Source of the DNA: an uncultured Gemmatimonadaceae bacterium
Lineage (GTDB): Bacteria > Gemmatimonadota > Gemmatimonadetes > Gemmatimonadales > Gemmatimonadaceae
Length of the DNA: 64,000 nt
NCBI GenBank assembly: GCA_963822945.1
Contig: CAWGJO010000004.1
Span: forward strand, 64,001 to 128,000
Reading direction: 5' to 3'
Shown here: positions 45,032 to 55,694 of the stretch, in pieces
Layout of the letters: each line of letters starts with the position of its first letter
Position numbering within the stretch: the first letter of the stretch is position 1
Made by a program: the position numbers and the translations under genes
Notes under the pieces: generated by a model
Databases searched by the model: none
Told to the model about the DNA's origin: nothing
Seen by the model: only the letters and a program-made list of their open reading frames with translations

Positions 45032-48000
45032 GCGGCCTCGTGCCGACCGCCGAGGGAGGGAGCGGCGGGCCGAGCGGCGGTGGGCGTCCCCCGGAAGCGC
45101 GCTACTTCTTCATCCGGCGCCCGGTGTTGGCGTCGGTGCTGTCCATCGTCATCACGCTGCTCGGGCTGCTGGCGATCTTCGTGCTGCCCGTCGCGCAGTA
45201 CCCGAACATCACGCCCCCGGCCATCCGGGTCACGGCGGTCTATCCGGGGGCATCCGCCGAGGACGTGGAACAGGCCGTGGCGGCGCCGATCGAAGAGCAG
45301 CTGGCGGGGCTGCAGGGCCTCCTCTACTACTCGTCGGCGAATTCGAGCGACGGGACGATGATGCTGACGATCACGTTCGACGTGTCGCGCGATCAGGATC
45401 TCGCGGCGGTCGACGTGCAGAACGCCATCAAGCTCGCCGAGCCGCAGCTTCCACAGTCGGTGCTCACCAACGGGATCACGATCGTCAAGGCGAACACCAA
45501 CATCCTGGCGCTGGTGGCGTTGACGTCCGACGATCCCAAGTACGACGCGTCGTATCTCACCAACTACCTGAATCTGTACGTGCTCGACGAGCTGAAGCGC
45601 GTACCCGGGGTGGGCGATGCGACGGCCTTTGCCGGGCTCAACTACGCGATGCGGATCCAGCTCGATCCCGAGAAGATGGCGCGGTTGGGGATCACCGTCG
45701 GCGACGTGACGAGCGCGGTGCGCGAACAGAACGCTACCAACCCGGCCGGGCGGCTGGGGCGGGAGCCGTCGCCGCCGGGCACGGAGTTGACGATCCCGGT
45801 CACGGCGCAGGGACGATTGCAGACCACGCAGCAGTTCGACGACATCATCGTCCGGGCCCGGCCCGACGGGGCGGTGGTGCGCATTCGCGACATCGGACGG
45901 GCGGTGCTCGGTGCCCAGAGCTACGACCTGCAGGGGCGGCTGGACGGCCGGCCCACCGCGGTGGTGCTGCTCTACGCGCGGCCGGGCGCCAACGCGCTCG
46001 CCGTGAAGGATGCGATCGCGAAGCGGATGGACGAACTGTCCGCGAGCTTCCCGCGGGGCGTGAAGTACGAGATTCCGTTCGACACCACGCCCTTCGTCAC
46101 CGCATCGATTCGCGAGGTCTCGATCACGCTCATCGAAGCGCTGATCCTGGTGACGCTGGTGGTGTTCCTCTTCCTGCAGAGCTGGCGGGCCACGCTGATT
46201 CCCATGCTCGCCGTGCCGGTGAGCGTGATCGGCACCTTCGGCGGGCTGCTCGTGCTGCACATGTCGATCAACGTGCTCACGCTGTTCGGCCTCGTGCTGG
46301 CCATCGGGATCGTGGTGGACGACGCGATCGTCGTGATCGAGAACGTCGAGCGCATCATGGCCAGCGAGAAGCTGCCCGCGCGCGAGGCCGCCGACCGGGC
46401 CATCACGCAGGTGGCGAGCGCGCTGGTGGCCATCGTGCTGTCGCTCTGCGCCGTGTTCATCCCGGTGGCGTTCATCGGCGGGGTGACGGGCGCGCTCTTT
46501 CGGCAGTTCGCCATCACGATCGTCGTCGCGGTCGTCCTGTCCGGGATCGTGGCGCTCAGTCTCACGCCGGCGCTCTGTTCGCTGCTGCTCAAGGAGTCGA
46601 ACGAGGCGAACACCACCGGCTTCTTCGGCTGGTTCAACCGCACCTTCGAGCGCGGCCGCCGGCGCTACACCGGGATCACCGGGAGCGTGCTCGACCACCC
46701 CCGCGTCTGGCTCGCGTTCTTCCTGGTGATCGTCGCGCTCACGGGGCTGCTCTGGCGCCGCATTCCGACGGCGTTCCTCCCCACGGAGGACAAGGGATAC
46801 ATGGCGATCGCGGTGCAGCTCCCGGACGCCGCTTCCCTGCAGCGCACGGTGGACGTGGTGCAGCAGGTCGAAGGCATTCTCCGGCAGCAGCCCGGGGTGG
46901 CGCACTTCGTGGCGCTGGCGGGGTTCAGCATCCTCGGCTTCTCGTCGCAGACCAACGCCGCGACGGTGTTCGCGCAGTTCAAACCGTGGGGCGAGCGGGG
47001 GCCGGGGCAGTCGGCCGACGCGATTGCCGCGCGGGTGAACGGGGCGCTGTTTGCCCTCAAGGGCGCCACGGCGTTCGCCTTCAATCTGCCCGAGGTGCCG
47101 GGTCTCGGCACGTCGGCCGGCATCGAGCTCAACCTGCAGAACCGCAGCGGACAGGACATCCGTGCCTTCGCGCAGCAGGTGCAGGCGTTCCAGGCGGACG
47201 TGAACCAGTTGCCGGCCGCGCAGAACGTTACCACCCAGTTCCGCGCCAGCGTCCCGCAGTTGTATGTAAACGTCGATCGTACGGCCGCCAAAGCGCGCGG
47301 CGTGAATCTGAACGACCTCTTCGGCACGCTGCAGACCTTTCTCTCGTCCGTGTACATCAACGATTTCAACCTGCACGGCAAGACGTTCCGCGTGCAGGCG
47401 GAGGCCGAGCCGCAGTTCCGGCAGTCCCCGGCCGACATAGGCCACTTGTACGTGCGTGGCCGCGGCGATGCCATGATCCCGGTGTCGGCGCTCACCACGA
47501 CCGAGTTCCGGAGCGGCCCGACGGTCATTCCGCGCTTCAACGGATTCCCGTCGGCGCTGTTCACCGGCACGCCCAAGCCGGGGTGGAGCTCGGGCCAGTT
47601 GCTCAACCAGATCGACTCGCTCGTCAGGACGCGGTTCGCCTCATCGGGGGTCGGTGTCGCGTATTCCGGGCAGTCGTACCAGGAGCGAGCCTCGAGCGGT
47701 GATGCGGCGCTCGTCTTCGGCATCGGGTTGCTGATCGTGTTTCTGGTGCTCGCGGCGCAGTACGAGAGTTGGTCCGTCCCGTTCGCGGTGCTGCTCGGAC
47801 TGCCGTTCGGCGTGCTCGGGGCGTTGCTCGGCATCTGGCTGCGCGGTCAGGCCAACGACATCTATTTCCAGGTGGGGGTGATCGCCGTGGTCGGGTTGGC
47901 GGCCAAGAACGCGATTCTGATCGTGGAATTCGCCACGGAGCTGCGCGGACAGGGCATGTCGATTCGTGAGGCCGCGCACGAAGCGGCGCGCGAGCGGTTG

Positions 48001-48237
48001 CGCCCCATTCTCATGACCTCGTTCGCGTTCATTCTCGGCGTGCTGCCGTTGGCGATCGCCACCGGCGCCGGCTCGGCGAGCCGCCACTCGATCGGCACCG
48101 GAGTGTTCGCGGGCATGCTCATCGCGACGACCGTGGGCATCTTCTTCATTCCGCTGTTCTTCGAAGTGATCCGGCAGCTCGCCGAGGGCGGGCGCGCACG
48201 GGCGGCCGCCCGGGACGCCGCGGGAGGGACACGATGA
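45028..48237 (+). CDS. RND efflux transporter (HAE1, AcrB/MexB-like)
   Basis: FFIRRPVLA, QYPNITPP, GIVVDDAIVVIENV (proton-relay DD), SLTPALC, AKNAILIVEFA, RLRPILMTS. Confidence 0.96.
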   Translation: MSGLVPTAEGGSGGPSGGGRPPEARYFFIRRPVLASVLSIVITLLGLLAIFVLPVAQYPNITPPAIRVTAVYPGASAEDVEQAVAAPIEEQLAGLQGLLYYSSANSSDGTMMLTITFDVSRDQDLAAVDVQNAIKLAEPQLPQSVLTNGITIVKANTNILALVALTSDDPKYDASYLTNYLNLYVLDELKRVPGVGDATAFAGLNYAMRIQLDPEKMARLGITVGDVTSAVREQNATNPAGRLGREPSPPGTELTIPVTAQGRLQTTQQFDDIIVRARPDGAVVRIRDIGRAVLGAQSYDLQGRLDGRPTAVVLLYARPGANALAVKDAIAKRMDELSASFPRGVKYEIPFDTTPFVTASIREVSITLIEALILVTLVVFLFLQSWRATLIPMLAVPVSVIGTFGGLLVLHMSINVLTLFGLVLAIGIVVDDAIVVIENVERIMASEKLPAREAADRAITQVASALVAIVLSLCAVFIPVAFIGGVTGALFRQFAITIVVAVVLSGIVALSLTPALCSLLLKESNEANTTGFFGWFNRTFERGRRRYTGITGSVLDHPRVWLAFFLVIVALTGLLWRRIPTAFLPTEDKGYMAIAVQLPDAASLQRTVDVVQQVEGILRQQPGVAHFVALAGFSILGFSSQTNAATVFAQFKPWGERGPGQSADAIAARVNGALFALKGATAFAFNLPEVPGLGTSAGIELNLQNRSGQDIRAFAQQVQAFQADVNQLPAAQNVTTQFRASVPQLYVNVDRTAAKARGVNLNDLFGTLQTFLSSVYINDFNLHGKTFRVQAEAEPQFRQSPADIGHLYVRGRGDAMIPVSALTTTEFRSGPTVIPRFNGFPSALFTGTPKPGWSSGQLLNQIDSLVRTRFASSGVGVAYSGQSYQERASSGDAALVFGIGLLIVFLVLAAQYESWSVPFAVLLGLPFGVLGALLGIWLRGQANDIYFQVGVIAVVGLAAKNAILIVEFATELRGQGMSIREAAHEAARERLRPILMTSFAFILGVLPLAIATGAGSASRHSIGTGVFAGMLIATTVGIFFIPLFFEVIRQLAEGGRARAAARDAAGGTR

Positions 48238-49712
48238 AGCGACGCTCGCTCGCCCTGCTGGCTGCCGCGCCGATGGCCGCCTGCATGATCGGTCCGTCGT
48301 ACCACGCGCCGGTGCCGGTACCGGCGGGCACCGCGATCACGAGACCGGCCGTCCCCGACTCGACGCGCGCGTTCTTCGATTCACTGGCCGCCGCCCGCCG
48401 GCGCGACAGCATCGCCACCGCGGCGACGCCGGTGATGCAGCGACTGGTCGTACAGGACTCGATGGCCGGCGTGGCGTGGCTCGACATCCTGCGCGACACG
48501 ACGCTCGTGAAGCTCGTGAACACCGCGCTGCGCCAGAACCGGAACCTGCAAACCGCCGTGGCGCGCATTCAGGAGTATCGCGCGGACGCCGGCGCGGCGC
48601 GGGCACCGCTGTTCCCCAGCGTCTCCGCCAATGGGTCCGTCTCCAGCAACCAGATCGCGCTCGGGTTCATTCCGCCCGTGTCGTACCGGGCGACGCGCGT
48701 CTCCGGGGACGTGGCGTGGGAGTTGGACTTCTGGGGGCGCATCCGGCACGGCCTCGATGCCGCGAACGCGGACGTGGGCGTTCAGGTGGCGGCCGAGCGC
48801 GGCGCCGTGCTGTCGCTGGTGAGCGACGTGGCGACGTCGTATCTGCAGCTCCTGGAACTCGATCAGGAGCACGCAATCGCGGAACAGACGCTCGCCTCGC
48901 GGCGGGCCACGCTCGCCATCGCCCGCCAGCGCTACGCGCAGGGGCTGATCTCGGAACTGGACGTGAAGCAGTTCGAAGCCCAGGTGGCGGCGCCGGCCGT
49001 GACGCTGGCCCAGACGGAGCGCGAGCGGGCGCAGACCGCGCACGCGCTCAATGTGCTGCTCGGCGAGGCCACGGCGCCGATTCCGCGCGGTGGAACGCTG
49101 GCCGCGGCCGTCAAGGCGCTCGTGGTGCCGGACTCGGTACCGGCCACGCTGCTCAGCCGGCGACCCGATCTGCAGCAGGCCGAACGGCAGTACGCTGCCG
49201 CCACCGCCCGGCTCGGCATGGCCGATGCGGCGCGGATGCCGACCATCATGGTGACGGGATCGTACGGGAGCCAGGCGGCCAAGCCGGGCGACCTGTTCGG
49301 CTCGAACACACGCATCTATCAACTCCAGGCCGGCGTGTCGATTCCCATCTTCGATGGCGGGCGACTGGCCGATCAGTCGGCGGCGGCGCGGGCGCGCGTG
49401 GAGCAGGCGAGACTCCAGTACCAGCAGGCGGCGCTCAGCGCCCTCCGTGACGCGAATGACGCGTTGGTGGCGGTGCACTCGGCGCGGGACGAGGAAGTGG
49501 CCCAGGCGACGCAGGTCGAGGCGCTCCGTGGCGCGCTCGACCTGGCGCAACTCCGCTATCAGTCCGGGCTGTCCAGCTACCTCGATCTCCTCGATGCGCA
49601 GCGAAGTCTGTTCGCGGCGCAACTGGCGCTGAGTCGGTCGCAATTGCAGCAACTCACCGCCGCCGTGCAGTTGTACAAGGCGCTCGGCGGCGGGTGGGCG
49701 GGATCGCCCTAG
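48234..49712 (+). CDS. Outer membrane efflux lipoprotein (NodT/OprM family)
   Basis: Lipobox MAAC-MIGPSY, WELDFWGR, PATLLSRRPD, IPIFDGG, YLDLLDAQRSL, LYKALGGGW. Confidence 0.95.
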   Translation: MKRRSLALLAAAPMAACMIGPSYHAPVPVPAGTAITRPAVPDSTRAFFDSLAAARRRDSIATAATPVMQRLVVQDSMAGVAWLDILRDTTLVKLVNTALRQNRNLQTAVARIQEYRADAGAARAPLFPSVSANGSVSSNQIALGFIPPVSYRATRVSGDVAWELDFWGRIRHGLDAANADVGVQVAAERGAVLSLVSDVATSYLQLLELDQEHAIAEQTLASRRATLAIARQRYAQGLISELDVKQFEAQVAAPAVTLAQTERERAQTAHALNVLLGEATAPIPRGGTLAAAVKALVVPDSVPATLLSRRPDLQQAERQYAAATARLGMADAARMPTIMVTGSYGSQAAKPGDLFGSNTRIYQLQAGVSIPIFDGGRLADQSAAARARVEQARLQYQQAALSALRDANDALVAVHSARDEEVAQATQVEALRGALDLAQLRYQSGLSSYLDLLDAQRSLFAAQLALSRSQLQQLTAAVQLYKALGGGWAGSP

Positions 49713-49745
49713 CGAGTCATCGGTCCGTCATGGCCCGTCGGCCGG

Positions 49746-50774
49746 TCAACGGGCGGGTTGATGCAACGTGAGCCCGAACGCCAGCTGCGTTGTGGTCGTG
49801 TGCGACGTGAACCGCGCAGTGCCGCCCGTGAATGGGAACGTCACGATATTGTCGAGGGTCTGCCGGAGCAGGCGAACATCGAAGGCCAGTTCTGGCGAGA
49901 GGTAGTGTCGAATCCCGATCGATGCGCCGTGCGTGCGGGTGTCGTAGCGATCCGGACTCCGGCCGGTGGTCGCGTCTCCGAACACGTCGACGAAAGGCTG
50001 GACCGCGAGTGCCGCCGGGTAGTACGCGCGCACGAGGGCGCTGCCCGAGTATATCGAGATCCGGGAAAGTCCATCCTGCGCCGGTGTGTATGAGGCGCCG
50101 CCGCCAACGCCTACCTGGAACCAGGAGGCGAGGAAGGGATCATATTCGCCGCTCAGCGAGGCCCCGTAGTGGGGCGAAACCGGTATGTTGACCGAAGCGT
50201 TCCAATCGAACGCGCCGCGCGTCTGGCGACCGACCGGCGCGTTGCCGAACAGTCCCGAGACGAAGGCCTCCGGTGCGGCGCTGAAGGCGGTCCCGGTCTT
50301 ACTGCCGGGCGCCGAGCTGGAGGCAACCTGAAACCGCGCGTCGACGGCCGTGAGCGGCGTGAGAAACCGGAGCCACCCGACGGCCGCTGACGCAGTGAAG
50401 ATTCCGAAGCGATGCTGTCCGCCCGATTCCCCAATCGACGCCGCGACGAAGGGCGCCGAGCGGGGGTTGTCGCCGAACAGGTAGCGGGCATTGGCCGATG
50501 CGCCGACGCTCTCACTCGCGAGCCCGGCGCTGGAGCCGGCATAGAACAGGCTGCCACCCAGTTGCAGATGGTTGTTCAGGAAGGGCGAGTATCCGAGGCC
50601 TACATTCCAGAGCGTGCTCGTGCCCTGCCGCCAGGTGACGCCGCCGCTGAGGCCGACGTTCGCCAGTCCGGTGACGGGCGCGGAGCTGCCCGCACCCCCG
50701 GTTTGCGCCGCCGCCGGCAGCGCCAGCACGATCAGGGTCAACAGCGTTGCGCTCATCGTTGCGCGTTTCGGCAT
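49746..50774 (-). CDS. Outer-membrane beta-barrel protein with an internal duplication
   Basis: RBS AGGAGGA. Signal peptide ..LALPAAA-Q. Alternating amphipathic beta strands arranged as two similar halves. Confidence 0.7.
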   Translation of the reverse strand: MPKRATMSATLLTLIVLALPAAAQTGGAGSSAPVTGLANVGLSGGVTWRQGTSTLWNVGLGYSPFLNNHLQLGGSLFYAGSSAGLASESVGASANARYLFGDNPRSAPFVAASIGESGGQHRFGIFTASAAVGWLRFLTPLTAVDARFQVASSSAPGSKTGTAFSAAPEAFVSGLFGNAPVGRQTRGAFDWNASVNIPVSPHYGASLSGEYDPFLASWFQVGVGGGASYTPAQDGLSRISIYSGSALVRAYYPAALAVQPFVDVFGDATTGRSPDRYDTRTHGASIGIRHYLSPELAFDVRLLRQTLDNIVTFPFTGGTARFTSHTTTTQLAFGLTLHQPAR

Positions 50775-50965
50775 GCGGAATCCTCCTGAAGTCTGGGTGC
50801 GGAATCGGCACGTGCCGGCATCGGCGCTCGCATCCATATTTGTGCACGATTCTCTTCAGTTCATACGGGCCGGCTTCGCAATCCGTTGACATGGCAGTAG
50901 CCGTATAGTTTCGGCCTGGTGGCGGACGGCTCCGCCCGCTTCGCAACGCCGTCCGGTCTGCCGCC

Positions 50966-52424
50966 CTACGGCACGATCCGGTGACCGTTCACGAAGTCGT
51001 ACAGCGTCAGTTGGCGGAGCTGGTAATAGGCCGTCCAGTATCCGCGCAGCGCCTGCACGAATTGCAGCAGCGCCTGATCCTTGTCGTTCTGGGCGATGTA
51101 CAGGTTGTCGATGGTGATCTTGCCGATCACGTACCGCTCGTAAGCGACGTCGAACCGTTTGGAGGCCACGGTGTCGGCCTTCGCCGACACCGTGAGATTG
51201 CGCCCTGCCTGCGCGAGCTGCAGCGCGGCGAACCGTGCGTTCTGGATGGTCTGCTCACGCGTGGCCTGCGACGTGGCCGACTCCTGCTCCTGATCGGCCG
51301 TGGCGGCCTGGACGTCGGCGCGAGTGTGCGCCCCACTGGATGAGGGGCACCTGCACGCCCAGCGAAAGCTGCTGCGCCTGCAGCAGGTTGCGGTACGCGG
51401 CGCTCGCCGCCGACCCGCTGGCGTTGAACCCGTAGCTGGCCTGCAGCGTGGCGCCGATGCCGGTGCCCAGCCGGGCCTGGGTTACGGCGCGGCGGGCCTG
51501 GACATCCTGCAACGCGAGCGTCGTGACGGTGGAGCTGTTGTGCAGCGCTTCGGCGACGGCCCGCGCCGTGTCGAGCGGCACCACCGGTACGTCCGACGTG
51601 ACGACGATGCTCACGTTCGCATTCGCCGGCACGTTGATGGCCAGCCGGAACGCGGCGAGTGCCCGGTCGTAATCGAGCTTGGCGCCGTCCACCGAGGTGC
51701 GCGCGCGGAGCAGCGCCAGTTCGCTCTGCAGCAGATCGTTCTCGCCGATCTTGCCCACCTGGTAGCGGCCCTTGTTGAGCGTGTACAGGGTGTCGTTGAC
51801 CGCGGCGTTGTGCGTCGCGTTCCGCAGCGCGGAACGCGCCGAGTAGAGATCGAAGAAGGCGCTCGCCGTCGCCGCCGCCACCGACTCGCGCGCTTCGAGG
51901 TATTGCCGCTCGGCGATCTCGGTCCGGAGGTCCTGCTCCCGCGTGTCCCACTTGATGGTGTTGGGGCGCAGGATGGGCTGCGAGAGCGTCACCGTCATCG
52001 GCGCCGACGACCAGGTGCGTACCTGCTGGGCGCCGCTCATCTGAAAGCGCTGCAGCGAGGACGACACGCTGAGGTTGCCCCCCGTGAAGGGGAGCTTCTG
52101 GGAGATGGTGAGCCCGAGTTGCGACGTCGTCTGCTGCAGCGGGGTGAACAGCTGCGCGCCGCTGGGTTGGATGACCGGCACGATGGCCCGGCTGTAGTTC
52201 GGGACCGTTGCCGCGAGACTGATCTGCGGCAGGAGCCGAGCCCCGTAGGCATGATCCCGGGCCAGCGCGGCGGCGAGCGCGTCCCGGGCGGCGCGTGCCT
52301 GCAGGCCCTGCTTCTGCGCCAGCGCGATGGACTGTTGGAGCGTGAGGGAATCCTGGCCGCGGGCGGCCGGCGCGAACAGACAGAGGGCCGCGAGGAGGAC
52401 CCCGGGAATGACGGGTCGGATCAT
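50966..52424 (-). CDS. TolC-family outer membrane protein (frameshifts near 51200-51330)
   Basis: Signal MIRPVIPGVLLAALCLFAPAARG-QDSLTLQQSIALA, LSQPIL, GRYQVGKIGENDLLQSEL, VQVPLIQWG, C-terminal LRQLTLYDF. Confidence 0.85.
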
Positions 52425-52432
52425 GGGGTGGC

Positions 52433-53847
52433 CTATTCGTAGCGGAGGCAGACGACGGGATCCTGCTGGGCGGCGCGCCACGCGGGCACGATCCCGAAAA
52501 CGAGGCCCACGGTGAACGAGACGCCGAAGGCGAGGAGCACGGAGAGCGAGGACACCGCGGTCGTGATGCCCGGCGAAGTGCTCGATGCCGCCGCTGATCA
52601 CCGCCCCCACGATGATGCCGGCGACGCCGCCCGCCACGCTGATCAGCATGGCCTCGCTCAGGAACTGGAAGAGGATGTCCTTCTGGGTCGCGCCGGTGGC
52701 CCGGCGGACCCCGATCTCGCGGATCCGCTCCAGCACGGACGCGAGCATGATGTTCATGATCCCGATCCCGCCGACGAGCAGCGAGATCGACGCGATGGCG
52801 CCGAGCACGATGTTGAAGATCGATCGCGTCCGCTGCTCCTGGCGCAACAGCAGCTCGGGCACGGTGATCTCGTAATCCACGACGTCGTTGTGTCGGCGCT
52901 TGAGCATCCGCCGCATGACGTCCGCCACCGCCGACATGTACTTGCTGTCGTCCACGCGAACGATGATCCGGTCGAGCTGGTTGTGGTTGGCGCGCTCGGC
53001 CCGCGCTGCTGCGAGTCGGTCGTCGTCGCCGGCCGCGTGACCGTGTACTGCCGGGCCGCACGCTCGAATGTCCTGCTGCGTGAGCAGCGCGCGGTTCCGG
53101 TAGCGCAGCAGCATGGTCTGGCGTGGGGACGTAGACGTCCATGTTGGCGTCGCGGATACCGAGCTGCTGCCGACGTCTGGGCGCTGCACGGGGCGGTCGG
53201 CGAGCACGCCCACCACCGTGAGCCACACGTTCCCCACCTTGAGCGTGCTTGCCGATGGGATCCTCCGTCGTGAAGAAGCGCGTGCGGACGCCCTGGCCGA
53301 TGATCGCCACCGCGCATGCCATCGCGCACCTGCGTGGGCGCGACCAGTCGGTGCCGCGCGCGATGCGCAGATTGAGCAGCCGGAAGTACGTGCGGATCGA
53401 CGCCCACGACCTTGCCGGATCGCCGCAGGCCCTCGCGGGTGAGCGTCGTGTTGAGCACGATCTCCCCGCTCGCGGCCACCGACGTGCGGCATGACGGCGG
53501 CAATGGCGGCTGGCGTCCTCGGTAGGTGAGCCCGGGCGTGTAGCGCACGACCTGTCGCTCTCGGGCTGCTGTCGGTCGGCCTTCTCTTCCTTCTGCTCCA
53601 CGATCGGCGTGACGATCACGTTGTTCGAGCCCAGCAGCTGCATCTGCTGGAGGATCTCCTGCTCGGCGCCCGGCCGATGGCGAGCATGGCGATCACCGAC
53701 GCGACGCCGAACAGGATGCCGAGCGAGGTGAGGCCGGCTCGCAGCTTGTTGTGCCCGACGGCCTCGAACGGCCGTGCGGAGGCTGGACAGGACGTGCGCG
53801 ATGATCTGTCGCCGCAGCGTGGCGACCGTCTCGTTGAGCGTCGGCAT
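52433..53847 (-). CDS. MacB/FtsX-family ABC permease without fused ATPase (several frameshifts)
   Basis: HNKLRAGLTSLGILFGVASVIAML, LGSNNVIV, IASISLLVGGIGIMNIMLASVLERIREIGVRRATGA..QFLSEA, DPVVCLRYE*. Confidence 0.85.
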
Positions 53848-53852
53848 GCCGC

Positions 53853-55254
53853 TCAGCCCGGCGAGAGCACGTGATGCGTGCTGTCCGCGGACGGGGCCGG
53901 CGGGGCGCCCTTCACTCCCGGTGTTGCCTTCTTCGAAGGCGCCGGCTGCACCGGAAGGGCGGTGTCGCCGTTCGGCACGGGAGCCACGTTGTGGGACCCC
54001 GGCAGATGTACGATCGCCAGACGGTCGTGATCCGCGGGTGCCGCCATCAGAATGCGGTCGCCCGGCTTGAGCCCCCGCGTGACGATCACATCGTCGTCGT
54101 TCATCTGCGCCGTCTCCACTTCCTGCTTGACCACGTGGGAGCCGGACTGGACGTAGACCACGGGCAGGCCGCTGTCGGTGCTCACCGCCTCGATGGGGAT
54201 GTAGATGACGTCCTTGGCGGTGAACGTGTTGATGGCGTTTCCGGTCGTCATGCCGGGGCGGAGCGTCGTATCGGGCTTCTCGATGTTGATATGGACCTCG
54301 AACACCTTGGCGTCGGAGTTCGGACGCTGCTCGCCGACGTTGGCCACGTTCGTGACCGACCCCGGTCAGCTTCTTCCCGGGATCCGCGTCGAGCGTGATG
54401 GCCACGTGCTGGCCGACGGCCACCTTGCGCACGTCGATCTCGTTCACGTAGGTCATCGACTCCATCTTGGTGAGATCGGGCAGCGTGGCCACCACGCCAT
54501 CGAAGCTGTTGACCTGCGAGCCCGCCGTGCGCTTCTGCCCGTTGTATTCCCGTTGGTAGATCACCATGCCGGGCGACGGCGCGCGGATCGTGAATCCCGC
54601 CATGACCGACTGGACCATCTGCAGCTGGTTCTTCTGACGGCTCAGATCGGCGCTCTGCTCGCTCATCTTGGCCTTGGCCTGCAGCACCTGGGTCTTGTAA
54701 TCCAGCCTTGGCCTGGTCACCGCGCGTTGGGCCTGCTGGTAGTCGATATCCGTCTGCTGCTGAATGCTCGGCGCCTCGTAGATCGACTGTTCCTTCACGA
54801 TCTTCTTCTGCTCCAGAGCCAGCTCGAGGGACCGGATGTTCTCGCGCGCCTTGGAGAGGGTGAGCGCCGAGTCCAGCATGGCCTGCTCGTACTCCGCCTG
54901 GGCCTTCTGCACGCCCAGCGTCACCTCGGCCAGCTTGGGCGCCAGTGTGGCCCGATCGAGCTCGCCACCACGTCCCCGGTCTTCACCAGCGTGCCCTCGG
55001 GCACGAGCGGTGGCGATCTTCATCTGATAGATCTGCGCCTGCATCGCCCCCTGCGGCACCGTGATCTGCACCGACTTGCGCGCACGAAGTTCGCCCGAGG
55101 TTGTGACCAGCACGCTGAAATCGCCGTGCTTCACGGTGGTGACCAGCGCGGTATCGGGCACCGCATCGTTGTGGGCGAACAGCCAGGTGGCGGGGATGCC
55201 GAGCAGCACGACCACGACTGCGACGCGGAACCAGCGCGAACGGACGAGCGCCAT
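53853..55254 (-). CDS. MacA/HlyD-like periplasmic adaptor (several frameshifts)
   Basis: N-terminal TM, VTTSGELRA, coiled-coil hairpin, IRAPSPGMVIY, YVNEIDVRKVAVGQ, LRPGMT, GLKPGDRI. Confidence 0.85.
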
Positions 55255-55694
55255 GACACCTCCACCGGAGTCAACGAGCGATGACCAGCCATGCGGACGC
55301 GGCCCCACGCGGAGCGCGCCCGGCATCCAACGCGCAACATCGTCGGTTCGACACCATGAGCGGCCCGACCGTTGCCCGCGACCGCCCAATTATCCCGTGC
55401 GTCGGCCGAACACGGCCCAGCCGGGGTCGAAACCGCGCCAATATGAGGACCCATCCGCGCGGGCGCATCGGGATTAATGAACTCGTAACGAAGAGTTCCT
55501 GAAGTGCTAATGTTGCGGCGAGACGCGCGTGCCCGGGCCCGGCCAGCCGGGCCCGGGCGGCCCGGCCGGCCATCGGGGCACGGACGGAGGGGGTGTGGCG
55601 GGCCTCGCCAGGCCGCGGCGCCGCCGAACTTGAAGTTTGGTGCCGCCGGTGGGAGCTTTCCCGGCAGTTCTTCCCACTACGGATGACATTCCAG

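Noticed and set aside
50886..50911. TTGACA...TATAGT as a + strand antisense promoter into the TolC gene
   Set aside because: The spacer is only 12-14 nt and there is no downstream + strand ORF, so support is too weak.
51127..55389. 1420-aa ORF as a giant adaptor-permease-TolC fusion
   Set aside because: It drifts in and out of the true frames because of indels. The three genes have their own starts and stops (55254/53853, 53847/52433, 52424/50966).
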